Shown here: positions 48,771 to 62,010 of the stretch, piece by piece | How positions within the stretch are numbered: the first letter of the stretch is position 1 | How the letters are laid out: every line of letters starts with the position of its first letter | NCBI RefSeq assembly: GCF_030028105.1 | Contig: NC_092402.1 | Location: 43,946,137-44,010,136, forward strand | Source of the DNA: Mobula birostris | Lineage: Eukaryota | DNA: 64,000 nt | Direction: 5' to 3' | Program-made: the position numbers and the translations under genes | Notes under the pieces: generated by a model | Told to the model about the DNA's origin: nothing | The model's input: the letters and a program-made list of their open reading frames with translations, nothing else | Database searches by the model: none

Positions 48771-50556
48771 CAAACTACCTTCCTGCTTGGCCTGTAATTC
48801 AAAGTCTTTGGAAGAAAGAGCTCCATTTTCTTTCTTTCTTTCTTTCTTTCTCAAATCAACCGAAAGGGCGGCTTCAGATGTTCAATTTCTTATGTTTTCT
48901 TTGATAAGCCTTTACTAGTACTACCCATGCTGCTCTTCAGTATTTTTATCTTTTACAGAGATGTCTCATATGTTCAAGTATGTTTCTTCAGCTGTTATGT
49001 TTTAAATGTAGAACTACTGCCGAATGGTTGTGTTCCAATCACCAATAAACAAGGGAAACATTTTGGTTTCACTGTCTATTTTGCCATTAAATATTTAATG
49101 ATGTTGAAAAAAGAAACATCAAACCTGACTCGATTTACATCTAAAAATAAAGCACAAACCAATGTGCTGCCATCTGTGTAATTTGTTAAAATGCAGAATT
49201 AGTTGCCAAGGTTGCTTTTATCAATTGTTAATTTTTAATAAAATCATAGTTATGCACCCTTATTCTTGAGGCCATCTTGCCATACAAACATTTTAAACAT
49301 CATTTCCATTTTAGATCCCAAGCTTGTATTACAAGCAGTGCATTTGGAATCTTAAATGCTTGAGAATAGTACTTGTAGATTCTGGCTACCAGGTTATTGT
49401 TTGTTTTTCCTTTATTATTTTATTCCCACTCACTGGGTAAAATTATTTTTGGGATCTAAAGCTTTTGTTGCTGCATATGTATTTTATTTTTTATATATAT
49501 GGTTGAAGTAAATTGGTGCAGCGTCATATTGGGAATGCTATAGGAAGCTTGACTTTAGCATCTGCTTTTTCATTTTGGCAGTTAAGATGTATTTGGGAGA
49601 AGGAGGATTGAGGTAAGAAATGCTATATTACCATCCTAAAGATTTGCATTTCCATTCAGACATTTTTCTTTGCAACCTGTTAGATTACTTCTGCTTTAAA
49701 GTGGTGGAATATGCCCTTTTTTAATTTAAAGAGTCCTAAAATAGAAGGGAGCAAGGAATGGTGTATGCAGAAAATAATCTTGTTTAATAAGAATCATTTT
49801 TTGTTAGCATGGGTTCTAAATGAAAGTCTCTACAATGGTTGCAATCATGTTTTCAGTAAGCAATAGCTTTTACTTTAGCCCATCTCTACTGGGGAATAGG
49901 CTGCCGACAGGAGCTAGCCAGAACCCTCTGTCCTGGGCTAGTCTTTTAAGTTGTCTCCTGGAGTCTTTTAGGTGAAGATTCTTCCCTGCCCAGGGATGAG
50001 GTCTTTGGAGCTGCTTTTGATGTTTCTATAGCTCTAGGTTTTTACTGGATGGGGTTGTTAACCCCATCCCCAACCTGCCTCCTATCACAGCTGTCCATGG
50101 TGGAGTTTAAGCAGTAGTCACCCATTGAAAGGATCACTAAATTTGCACCTTGAGCTAATGTGGGACAGCATCGGACATCAGGTACATAATATTTCTAGGT
50201 ACTCCCACTGATGAATGAGAAATGTTAGTGAGTTCATCTTCATATTTAATCTTGGGTTGCAAGCACCAACCCATTGTGCAGCAAAGTACTTTTCTCATAG
50301 TAATTGTGCTGAGTCAAAGGTCACTAACTCTCTGTACCGTTGGGTACTACACACTCCACTTGGGTATTTGTACCACAAATATGAAGACCAGGACAGAATT
50401 AATGACTTAAATTGGGGATTTAAATGGCATTTGATGTTCTGTACCATTGTTTCACTTGAAGTCAATGCTAGGTTTTTTAAAAGAAGCTGGTTGATCCTAC
50501 CATAAAGTAACAAGTGAAAATACTGGATACTTTGAGGTCTTCAATTTTCCTTATAG

Positions 50557-50780
50557 CTTCTGGCTCGTCTTGAGCGCATGGAAAGGAGGATGCAGCTGGT
50601 GAAAAAAGAGAATGATAAGGACAAGCATCGATTCATTCCCGCGGTGGATGGGAATGAGGAGAAGAATATAACAGAACCAGAGAAAATCCAGCCGGAACAT
50701 CAACAGATAACCCCTGAACAGCCCCTGGTTCAGGCACAGATCAATCAAACAGAAACTCATTCAGGGAAGGGTTACAAAAG
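50557..50780 (+). CDS. MSL1: MSL1 exon 2 (LLARLERMERRMQLVKK...GKGYK)
   Basis: ccttatag acceptor; 224 nt, phase 0->2. Confidence 0.95.
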
Positions 50781-51955
50781 GTACTCGGTGCTTTATAAGC
50801 GGAATTTCAAGTTTAGTTGGGTGCTTTTTATTAGGGGAGGTATGGTAGATTGCAAATTTGTGGAAATACATGGAATGTTCCTCCTCTTGCTCCATTGCCT
50901 CAGCAAATTAAATAAAGGGTAGAATGAGAATTGCAAAGATATTGCATGAGTTTTTAAAACATAAAACAATATTGAAGGTAAAATTAATTAAAATGTGAAA
51001 CTTCTGGTACACTGCAGTTGATGTGTCATTATTATGAAAATAAAGCATTTATTAATGGAACTGGTGTAGTCACGTGCTACTGGGGTAACATATGGTGCCA
51101 GTTTCTCCTGAGGGAACATGTTTTACACAAACTAGGCTGTTTATATCATTGTGCTTATCCCCATATGTTACTTTCAACATAGGTTCCCTTTTAGGGTGTA
51201 GTAGAGCTTGGCTGGACTTGCGGATAAACATTGTAACAATTTTACAAAGTAACAAAGTCGTAACAATTAAAATGGTATGTTAAGATCATTGACAGAGAAA
51301 GACAAAAATCTGGTTCGAGCAATTTTGCATTTCTAAACCTAGTTCCATACTAACTATTGAAACTAGCTTGCTTCTCAACAGGGAGTGGGCAAGAAGCTGG
51401 TTTTTGTGAAATTTTCTCCTGCATTTCCAATCTGGTATGATAGGACACCCCCCCCCCCCCCCACCCCAACATTTTTGAGCTTTTTACCTCTTGCAGCTCT
51501 TGTTCTTTCTAAGTTGTGCTGATTGTAGTGCCTGATGAAAAGCAAAAGTGAGTGGAGAACCTTATTTCTTACCCCAAACCAAAACGCAGGATGTATCATT
51601 TCTTTACAGACAAAGTATTGGTCAAAGAGCAAACCTAAGTACTACCACAAGTAGCTGTGCGGATTTAAGTATTAATGATTGTTAGAAAACTCATTTTGTG
51701 GCAGTGAGAAAAATAACTGTTACACAAATTAACTTACTAAAGTATGTGGTTGCACTTTGCAAACGAAAGAGGAAGCTTCAAGGATGACATTATTTTCCTA
51801 TCTTGTGAAAGTGATTCCTGTTTGGAAGTTTTTCCTATGCGTGATGTCTGTAGGACAGTAGTTCCTGACTCTTGTTGCGGAGTTGTATTTGGTATCTGCA
51901 TATGTGTTCTGGTATGTTATTTTGTTAAAGACTAAACTACTTGTGCTTACTTCAG

Positions 51956-52335
51956 GAAATCTGTGCTAGGAACAACAGAGAGAAAAGCACCAGTGAAAAA
52001 GCTCGCAGCTGAATTCTCGAGAGTGCGGACAAAGTTGGCTAAATCCTCTCAATTCCGACAGGCCTCAAGTAGCCCCTTACCCGACAAAATTTCAAAACGA
52101 GAACTGCGAAGTAAAGAAACTCCGGAAAAAACTAAATCTCAGACTGAGGGGGTCCACAAACCTTCGGCAACCATAAAGACTCCAGGTCTTCCCATCAGTA
52201 AAGACCAGTCTGTATGTAATGACATAGAAGAGGAACCGTACCTCTGTACCACTGAGATGTACCTATGTCGGTGGCACCAGCGACCACCCTCTCCTCTTCG
52301 AGAACCTTCACCCAAGAAAGAAGAAACTGTAGCAA
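51956..52335 (+). CDS. MSL1: MSL1 exon 3 (KSVLGTTERKAPVKKLA...YLCTTEMYLCRWHQRPPSPLREPSPKKEETVA)
   Basis: 380 nt, phase 2->1; conserved TTEMYLCRWHQ. Confidence 0.95.
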
Positions 52336-52426
52336 GTTAGTATAAAGAGCATGACAATCTAGAGGCCCTAATGTCTACAGTAAGTGGCCTGATAATGAGG
52401 GAAGAAATCAGTCTTTTAAGTAGGTG

Positions 52427-52460
<34 letters not shown>
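52427..52460. repeat. Poly(T) tract, 34 nt, in MSL1 intron 3
   Basis: Direct reading. Confidence 0.9.
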
Positions 52461-52462
<2 letters not shown>

Positions 52463-54620
52463 AGCATTGGCAAAATGATTCCAGAACAGAAAAGCGAGAG
52501 AAATGATTCTTTTTTTTTGATGTAGTTCATCAATCTAATTGGGACTGATGTATTTACAGTAAAACAAAGGCTGCATTTGCTGGAGAAATGATTGAAACAA
52601 GGTGCTAGGAATATTCAGCAAATCAGATGGCATCTATAAAGAGTGAAATAGAGCTAACTTGTCAGAATGTGGACATTTTTCTAGTTCAGATTAAAGATCA
52701 ATGGCTGAAACAAATGTTTTGCTCTTTACTGATGCTACTTGACTTGATGGACATTTCAGCTGTTTTCTGTTTTATGTGGCATTTTATGACAGCTTGTCAA
52801 ATGTTTTGGGTATAACTCACCCAATATTAAGAGGAACAAGGGGAAGTAGAAGATATTCTTTTACATTGAATAATTTAATAGGTTGCAACAAAACCCCTTT
52901 TTTAAACAGGAAAAAAAGGTAGAGATTAAAGGTAAAAATCATTTGGTATAAAACAATTCTTTTCATACCTATTGAAAGCTTTGAAACCTTGCGTATGTTA
53001 TATGACCATTGGCCCCAGTTGGCTTTGTATAATGTGTTTTTAAAACAAAATGCAGCATATTTAAGCAAAATTCAGTATGTGTTGGGTTTCCAGATGGTGC
53101 TCAATAAGGCTTATTGACTGAGGCCAATCCTATTGCTTCTTGGCTTTAGTACTCAAGCACTGCTAGTCTCTGGGAGTCACTGAATAGCAATTGAAAATGC
53201 CAACTCTAGGTTTGAAAAATGACTTTCCTTTTCCTCTGTCTAACCCAGCATACTAAGAGCAGACAGTGGCTGGGGTGTGATCATCTAATTTCAGCAAGCT
53301 GCAAGACTAGAGCTTTGATCTTGTGACTAAAATTTTGATCATGTTTGCTCAGATTCTTGAGTAAATTAAGATCACTATAGTAAATAGACCATGACAGGCT
53401 TGCTTTTTTTTTTTTTTTAATGCTTCTCGGGCTATTCAAAATACACTGGCAAATTCCAGATTTGCAAACCTTTGCTCCCCAGACAGAGAATCTGGGAGAA
53501 TGTATAATGAGAATGGGGCTCTTACAGAAGCCACTTTGAAGACCATGTTAGATGTGAGGCATTTGTCTTCCTTTGGAATGAGAACAGGGAGGGAAAACGC
53601 CAGGCAGTGAATTCCACAGCCAGGAAGATGGGCTGTGGAATTTGATTTCACAATGCACTGAGACCTGCAGCATCGACTCAGCTTACAAGCAGGAAACTAA
53701 GTTTATATCCGGCTTTTCCAAAGACAAGAGTTAGTGATCATTTGTGTGTATCTGTCAGTGTAAATTTGCTTATACATAAATGACCACGGTAAAAATATTA
53801 GATTAGTTCAATTATTGAGCTGTTTTGGATTGTAAGTTTGCTGGGACAAAAATCTTGTTTACAATATTTTGCTTTAAATACTTAAGCAGTAAAGTGTCAG
53901 AATATCCTTCTGAATGGGGAAGGGGTAGAAGTTAAAAATCAGATTATCCTAAATTGCTCTACAGCCAATTAAGCACATTTGAAGTGCATTCACAGTTGGA
54001 AAGTCGAAACAGTAGTTGATATTTTCCGCAGCATACTCCCATATACAGTAATGTTATAATGACTGGATCATTCTCCTCTTCCAGTGATGATTGAGATGAA
54101 TGACTGGAACTTTTTAAAGAAAAGTTAGCTTTATTTGTCACGTACATCGAAACATACAGTGAAATGTGTCATTTTGCATCAACAACCAACACAGCCTGAA
54201 GATGTGCTGGGGGCAGCCCACAACTGTCGCCATGCTTCTGGCACCAACATAGCATGCCCACAACTTACTGACTCTAACCTGTACGTCTTTGGAACATGAG
54301 AGGAAATCTCACCTGCACTACTTCAGAACAGTGTTAAAGGATCTTGTATATTCACTTGAAAGGGTAGGTGGGATCTCTTCAGAAAGACAAATGGCACATC
54401 CACCAGTATTCCTGTTTTTCATGGGCTATGTCATGGGTTTTGTAGTTCAGAAGTGTAAAACAAAGGCGGGAAATTGTGTTTTTAATTAACATTAGATTCC
54501 TGTCCAGATTGTATTGGCGGTGCTGAATGAATCAGCTTCACTGCACCCTGTAGTAAAACCCATCAAAGGGAATATTTAATCTTGTATCCTTTTTGTTTAA
54601 ATCTTGTTTCCTCTTTGTAG

Positions 54621-54685
54621 TACCATCATGGAAAGAACACTCAGCGGAGCCTCTCATCGACCTGCAGCCCGATGAAGTACTTGAG
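54621..54685 (+). CDS. MSL1: MSL1 exon 4 (IPSWKEHSAEPLIDLQPDEVLE), start of PEHE domain
   Basis: 65 nt, phase 1->0; PSW motif. Confidence 0.94.
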
Positions 54686-56376
54686 GTACAGCACCAAACT
54701 ACAAAAATATCTGATATTTTTAAAAAATCCAATTTCCCCATCTGTTTTATTTCAAGTGGTCTAACGTAATTTATCTTCCCCTAAATAAGTCCCAGCTTGT
54801 AACTGCATGATGGAATGATCCCTTGCCCATCTCCTGTTTTAGACTCCTCCAAACTGCTTTGTAACTGGATGCTTCCATAGAACTACCTACCTTTTTCAAA
54901 GCTCAAGTATTTGACCTCTGTCAGGAAGGAATGTCAAATTAATATAATCGTAAAATAGTTACTGGCTTGTAAAATTAATGGTTACTAAACATTAAGGTGG
55001 ATGTGCTGAGCTGTTGGGGTTCCACAACGTATTTAGGCCTTTTCCAATTTTGTATGCTGTTTTTAATCTTTTGAGTCATGGAAACAGAAAATTCTAACAA
55101 TGATGTCTTAAAATAATGTACTGAAGGGTACTTGTACTGGTTGCTTTGTAAACCAAACCAAATATAAGCCTCGGGAGTAGTATCTGTAGTCTTGGTCATT
55201 TCCTCAACTATTGACTGTAGCAGTGGCCTATTCCCATCCATATCATCCATCTTACTGTGTGAATTATGACTGGCAGTTTGCTGTTAACAAGTACAAGAGA
55301 CAACTTTCAGATTTAGCTGAGTTTTTGAAATTTTAGATCGACTAGCCTAATGACATTAATTGTTGCTGCTACATTTGTAAACTAGGTTTTTGGCTCCCAT
55401 TTGACCCAGAAGGTTAAATTTTAGCACTCTACATTCATAGTGGCTCTGGCAATTTTGGTGCCTGCAGTAGTTAGTGGGCATATGGGTGTGAAGCTGTTAT
55501 GTTGCTACAGTCTTTCAACACTGTTTTTGTTGTTGAATGTGATTAATTCAATACAAAATATTTCCATACTTTCATCATATGATGTTTGGAATACCCTGCC
55601 CCATTTTGTATTTGTACCAGTTGGGGTAATGTTTGATTGTAAGGATTGTTGATGGACAATTTTTAGATTGGTGATTGTGGTGTAATGTTACAATTTGCAG
55701 CTGTAAGGAATTCAATGTCTGCAGTGGGCTCTCGGCCTCTAGTGGCACAAATATGTTGTTACACCATTACAGCATGGCAACATTACAATTTCTCTACTTT
55801 CTTAAATTTGACTGTTAGTTAACTAGCGTTAGAAATTTCTTCACTCTGGCAAGATGTATTTTGTCATAATCTTCAAATTAAACAGTTCTCTTTTTGTTTG
55901 AGGTGCTTGAAATGGTAACTCCATTAAGGCCAGTTTTGCTGCACATCAGCAGAAAGTTTCACTTGTGACTAACTGCTCACTTTGAAGTTGTATCATGCAC
56001 TGTCTGCATACATGCAGTTACTTTAGAGGCCATTGTGTAACAATCAGGAACTGAAATATTTTGCTTATGATCAGAAGGAAAGAAGGATGTGATTTTTGTG
56101 ACATAGGGACAACCCGGTCAGTGAAGTTCTTCAGATGTATAGCCATTGTTGTAGTGCAAAAACGTGCAGCCAATTTGTTCACAGCAAGACTCCACTAATG
56201 ACAATGATGGCTTTATTTTTCCAGGTAAAGTTATGCTGTTTAATTCAATTGATTTCTTATTTTTGTTTTTAAAATAAATTGATCAGGAACTGTTGACCTC
56301 TATATTCTTAAATATGACATTTAAGATTGCTTATTTTAAATATCTATTAACTTTTTTCAGGTGTGGATTAGTATTA

Positions 56377-57924
56377 CAGGTTTCCCCTGCTATCCGAAGG
56401 TAGAGTGTTCCTATGAAACGGTTCGTAAGCCGGAATGTCGTAAAGTGAATAAGGAATTACCATTTATTAATATGGGAAAATTTTTTGAACGTTCCCAGAC
56501 CCAAAAAATACCCTACAAAATCATGCCAAATAACACACACAACCTGAAATAACAGTAACATATAGTAAAAGCAGGAATGATATGATAAATACACAGCCTA
56601 TATAAAGTAGAAATACTTTTCAGCACTGTCTAGTACAGCGAAAATCTCACGGCAGCACTCTTGGCAGAAGCACTCTCGGCAGAAACACTCTCTCCAGTAA
56701 CCTTTAAGCTATGAAGCTGCGAAATCATACCAAATAACGCATAAAAATGCACAGCCTATATAAAGTAGAAATAATGTATGTACAGTAGCCAAGCTCACTA
56801 TTGTCGTATTTATTGTTGATGGTTCGAAGCTTTTAAAATCGTTCACTGCTTTGGGACACAGTTTCTTCCAAACGCCATTTCTCATCGAGACTGTTAGCCT
56901 ATCGAGAGCATCTCCAATGTTGGCGATTGCCAGTTTTATATTATATTCCTTCCAGATCTGTCGCAAAGACGCTTCGGCGTTGCTCTCTCTGCCAATGGTA
57001 CTTACAATAAAACTCATCACATTTTGCGTATAGTAAGCCTTAATTGTGGCTACTATAATTGGTCGCACGGCTGCAGCAATGATGTCGCAAATGGCAGTAA
57101 GAACGCAACAGGAATGTTACCACCATACTCGGTAATGCCAGGTGGATGAGCAGCACAATTATCAACAATCACAAAATGCCTATTATCGAGGTTATTTTCT
57201 CTACAGTATTTTTCAACAAAAGGACTAACGTATCCACTCATGTACTCAGAAAAAAGCACTTGGGTATTCCAACCACTTGGATGTGAACGGAACACAACGG
57301 GAAGTGTTTTCTTATCAACGCCTTTAAGTGCCCTCGGATTTTCTGAATGGTACACTAGTAGAGGCTTAAGGACAGCATCACCAGTGGCATTAATAATAGG
57401 CATTAGGGTAAACCTGTCCTTCGATGCCTTGTGTCCCTTAGCCTGCTTCTCTTCTATCGAAATAAATGTCTTGCTCGGCAATTTTTTCCAATAAATTGCA
57501 GTTTCGTCACAGTTAAACATTTGCTTATACGGTTAACCAAACGCCATTTCTCTCTGCGTATAAATAGTGGACGCAGGCAAGTTCAACGCGTGGACAATGT
57601 CCTTACTTCATTCACCACGATCGAATTGCTCAATTGTGTCTAGTTTTACACCAAGTGTAACACCCTTATGAGCTCTTTTAGGCTTTTCCGGTACCTTAGA
57701 ACTCATCTTGCTAACGGATGCACAAAATAAATCAAGATAAAGCACGTGTTTAAGCAATGCCGGCTAGAATGCAGCTCCAGGGGAGGAGCTTGGCTGTTTG
57801 GGTGCGCGCTGCCTTTTTTCGTAACAGTGAAAGCACCTTCTGTTAGCGAAAACAGGTAACTAATGTAGGTCTTTCTTAACAGTGAGGTGTCATAAAGCGA
57901 ATGTTTGGAAAACGGGGGCCAACT
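56377..57924 (-). mobile_element. Tigger/pogo DNA transposon deletion derivative retaining the DDE catalytic region
   Basis: Same termini and subterminal sequence as 20120-21457; FNCDETAIYWKKLP, KDRFTL, VDNCAAHP, LLQPCDQ (ORF 57053..57520). Confidence 0.92.
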
Positions 57925-58385
57925 ATCTTAAGGCCGACTATGAAGAAAGTTGCAAACAATCAATGTTTGATTAATTGTATCTAATTTTGAATGCAATTAT
58001 TAGTCGCCTTGCACATTGTGCATGTATAATTGTGTATGCTCTTGTGCAAAAATACAGTTGAAGGGACATTAGGATTTTGCTGTAAGTAAATGTACCATGA
58101 CTTCTGGTATGAATTTGTGTAAATAACTATTTCCCACACAAATGGTCTAAATACAGATTGTTTATAGTAACATAATATCTCCCTGCCAAGCTAAAGTTCC
58201 TGTTCCCTTATTCTTTCTCTTGTTTTGCCTCCCCAAGAGGCGCAAAAGGGAATATTCCAAAACTAGCCATTTCTGGCTTCCACAATTGCAAATGGTTCAA
58301 TTGTGAACCCTTGTAGAATGCTCTGAATATTAATTGCAGTACCTTGAACCAGAGATTGCTTACTAACTGGCTTTGTTTATTTTAG

Positions 58386-58453
58386 AATTTAGATGACTCT
58401 GTGTTTGCAAAGCGACATGCAAAACTTGAGCTTGATGAGAAGAGAAGGAAAAG
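58386..58453 (+). CDS. MSL1: MSL1 exon 5 (NLDDSVFAKRHAKLELDEKRRK), PEHE domain
   Basis: 68 nt, phase 0->2; near-identical to vertebrate MSL1. Confidence 0.97.
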
Positions 58454-58920
58454 GTATGTAAGAGCTCAGTATATCTCAGAACTTAGTGTTTTGTAGACCA
58501 TTGGCCAAATTAAGAGCAATTTGTTTTTGATAGTTATTTACTGACCATTATACATTTATATTTCTCATGTTCCAGCACACCATTTTCTCCATAAAGTCTA
58601 GAGCAGCTCTTGAACATTCCCCAGTCATTTAACCCCTCTCTGATCAACTCCTCTTCTCCCTCACTCCTCCAACCTACCCATCACGCTAGGAGTACTCACC
58701 AGCTAGACTAAATGGACTAATAAATAAATGTGTGATCTGGCATTTTAACTGTAGTCTGTGATGCTGCATTTGCTGACTGTAGGTGAGACGACATGAGATT
58801 GAGGACTCCATTGACTTTAATGGGCATTCTGAACTTTTGGTTTTGGAAATAATTCAAAACATAGCTATTATTCATGTTTTTAATTCACTTTTAGTTCTAT
58901 TTACTCATTTATAATTTTAA

Positions 58921-59520
58921 ATTTAGAAATACAGCATGATAACATTGAAACCTATTGAATATTGAAAGGCCTAGATAGAGGAGAGGATGTTTACTATAGT
59001 GGGTGAGTCTATGACCAGAGGACACAACCTCAGAATAGAAGGGTGTCCCTTTAGAACGGCGATGAGGAACGATTTATTTAGCCAGAAGGTTGTAAATCAT
59101 TGCCAAGGATGGCTGTGGAGATAAAGTTATTGGGTAGATTTAAAGCAGAGGTCGGTAAGTTCTTGATTTGTGAGGGTGTCAAAGGTTTTTGGGAGAAGGG
59201 AGGAGAAGGGAGGAGAATGGGGTTAAGAGGGATAATAAATCAGCCATGATAGAATGGTAGAGCAGACTCAATAGGCCAAATGACCTAATTTTTTTCCTGT
59301 GTCTTACGGTAACGGGTTCTTCCAGCCCAAAAAGTCCACGCTGCCCAATTACATGTGACCTATTTACCTACCAACCTATATATCTTTGGAAAGTGGGAGG
59401 AAACTGGAGCATCCAGAGGAAGCTTGTGTCCTGGCGGGGGGAATGTACAGACTCCTTGCAGATAGCAACTGCTACCTGCAAACAGTTACATTAACTGTTA
59501 CGCCCCCGTGTTACCCTACC
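58921..59520 (-). mobile_element. HE1-like SINE (minus) interrupted by a plus-strand CR1 3' fragment (~58944-59313)
   Basis: SINE tail atttagaaatacagc is separated from its body (gggaggaaactggagcatcc) by CR1 sequence similar to 403-780. Confidence 0.7.
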
Positions 59521-59639
59521 CCAAATGTCGTCTTGTAACATATAAATGTTTGTTTGTTTTTTTTTTAAATCAAGAAGTCAAAGCTCCATTTCCCAGTTTT
59601 GAATTCCATCAAAGGCTTTCTGAGGCTGGTCCTTGGCAC

Positions 59640-59960
59640 TTGGGTGGCACAGTGGTACAGTTAGTAGAACTGCTGCCCGTCAGCTCCAGCAGTCTAGATT
59701 CAATGCTGACCTCTGGTGCTATCTACGTGGGGTTTGTGCATTCTCCCTGTGACCATGCGGGTTTCTTCTGATGCTCCGTTTTCCTCCCACATCCCAAAAG
59801 GTGCGCAGATGGCCAGGTTAATTGGCCACTGTAAAATGCCTGTAATTTATGGGTGGAATGGGGAGTTGAAATGAAAGTGGGGAGAATAAAACCGGATTAG
59901 TGTTGGATGCTGGATGGTTATCTCACACTGAGGCTGGAAGGCCTATTTCCATTTTGTATG
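59640..59960 (+). mobile_element. HE1/V-SINE-like SINE, forward orientation
   Basis: gggtggcacagtggtacagttagtag head; V-domain ttctccctgtgaccatgcgggtttc...cctcccacatcccaaa. Confidence 0.78.
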
Positions 59961-61099
59961 ATTTAAGGACCACTGAGACCCAGACCTAACACACGTGGTT
60001 CATGAAGTCAACCCATCTGTAGCTGGACAATACTGTCATGGGTAGGTGGAATCACAATATCAAGCAATCTTACCGCTCAATGCAATTGCAAAGGCTGCAG
60101 ATTTGAGCCTTGTGATTTCTGTTTGTTGAGGGTAATCATTTCATCCACTGATTTTTTTGTTTTTACAGGAGGGCACTTTTTTTTTAAAAAGGAGGAATGG
60201 ATCTTAAGACTCCCCTCCCCCACCCTTTGTTGCACCTTCAATCACTGGGAGAATTGGCCTTCAGATATCCAAAATCAAGGCTTACTCTCCTGCAGTCAAG
60301 CTGGAGGTTTGCTTAAAGAAGTAGTAGTGTAATCTGTTTCAGGTAGCTGTAAATTCCACTAATAGGGAACACTTGGTCTGAAGGCTAGGCTGAGAACTAG
60401 TACACTTGTCCACTGGGGATTGGGGAAAGCCCTATTTCTTTTGTCCTACTTTTATTTTACAAATGCAGAAAGCACTTCAGGTTTCTAGGGAAGGTCACTT
60501 CCACACACGTTAAATCTAGTTTTTCACACACAAGCTGTTATCCTCTCTTCATAAGGATATCAGTGACACTTGAGATGTTACATTTTTTTTAAATCAATAA
60601 TTTGTGTATTCATTTGTTAGTTGTATTCAGCCATTGTTATTCAAACCAAGTAGGTTTTAAAGACTGCCAAAAAAGTTTGAGGTTGACCAGCTGGAATATG
60701 CTGTTGATAAAGTAAGACTTGTGTAATCCTGTTAGCTTTTATAACTGTTTGAGAAGTAGTTTAATATTTCATTGATATTCTGGATTTTGATTACAGTACC
60801 ATGCATTCCTGTGATTGCATTGATAAATGAATGTCCTATTACTGCTGAAGGATGTAGCTTTTTGGACTTCATTTGTAAAAAGTAATGTCTATCAGTATTA
60901 GTTATCATAAACTTTTCCGCATATATGCACTCAGAAGTCTAAAGGTACCTATGTAATTGTTTCTAGAGGCTGGTGCAAAGAAAATGACTTCTCTGTCTAT
61001 GAGAAACCATAAGATTGCTTCAGGCACTACAGAATAACTTTAAGTATAATCGTGCACTTTCGGTGTTTGTGTCATATCTTTGTATCACTTTTTCTTCAG

Positions 61100-61224
61100 G
61101 TGGGATATTCAGCGGATCAGAGAACAAAGGCTGCTGCAACGTTTGCAACTGAGGATGTACAAAAAGAAAGGAATTCAGGAATCAGAGCCAGAAATCTTGT
61201 CATTTTTCCCTGAACCAGATGATG
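61100..61224 (+). CDS. MSL1: MSL1 exon 6 (WDIQRIREQRLLQRLQLRMYKKKGIQESEPEILSFFPEPDD)
   Basis: 125 nt, phase 2->1. Confidence 0.97.
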
Positions 61225-61494
61225 GTAGGTTTAAATATTTAATTTTAAACTACCATTGATAATTACAACTTGTAGGTATGTAGGAGGTGGAAAAACTTCA
61301 CAAATGGACATTTCTTATTCATACTATCGGGGAGGAAGTACAGGAGCCTGAAGACCCACACTCGAGGTTTTAGGAATAGTTTTTTCTTCTCCATCAGATT
61401 TCAGAATGATCCATTGATGCTACTGCATTATTTATTGTAATAGTAATTTTTTTCTTGCACTGTACTACCACAAAACAAATTTAATAACCAACAA

Positions 61495-61781
61495 GTAGGC
61501 ATCCATTAGTCTTGCAAGACAATGGATCTGCACCTGGAAAGTCTTCACTTTCCAGGGCGCAGGCCTGGGCAAGGTTGTATGGAAGACCCCTCTCACCCCA
61601 TGACACCGATATTGTCCAAGGGAAGGGGAAGGGCCGATACAGTTGGCACCAGTGTCGTCGCAGAGCACTGTGTGGTTAAGTGCCTTGCTCAAGGATACAA
61701 CATGCTGCCTTGGCTGGGGCTCGAACTCACGACCTTCAGGTCGCTTGTCAAATGCCTTAACCACTTAGCCACATGCCCACT
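61495..61781 (-). mobile_element. tRNA-derived SINE with TSD, nested in a Rex-like tail fragment
   Basis: Reverse A/B boxes gtggctaagtggttaag and gagttcgagccc; TSD ataaccaacaa / atgaccaacaa. Confidence 0.72.
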
Positions 61782-61937
61782 ATGACCAACAACAGTGATG
61801 ATAAACTTGATTCTGATTTGTGCTCAAGTTCTAGGTGATCCACATGTGACCTTCCCCTTGTACAGAATTGAAATTTACTTTGAAAAGCAGATACTGTCTT
61901 TTTGCACAGTGAAATAACTTTTTTTTCTCTTCTGCAG

Positions 61938-62010
61938 TGGAATCTTTGGTAATTACCCCGTTTCTACCTGTGGTAGCTTTTGGGAGACCTTTGCCAAAGT
62001 TGTCACAACA
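61938..62010 (+). CDS. MSL1: MSL1 exon 7 (VESLVITPFLPVVAFGRPLPKLSQ)
   Basis: 73 nt, phase 1->2; LPVVAFGRPLP motif. Confidence 0.97.

Noticed and set aside
55730-55748. CTCF-like motif ggcctctagtggca
   Set aside because: Mismatch at a core position in either orientation; not supportable without ChIP or conservation data.
57053-57520. Possible domesticated TIGD-like gene
   Set aside because: Flanked by TIRs, frameshifted, internally deleted, and a sister copy lies in the same window.
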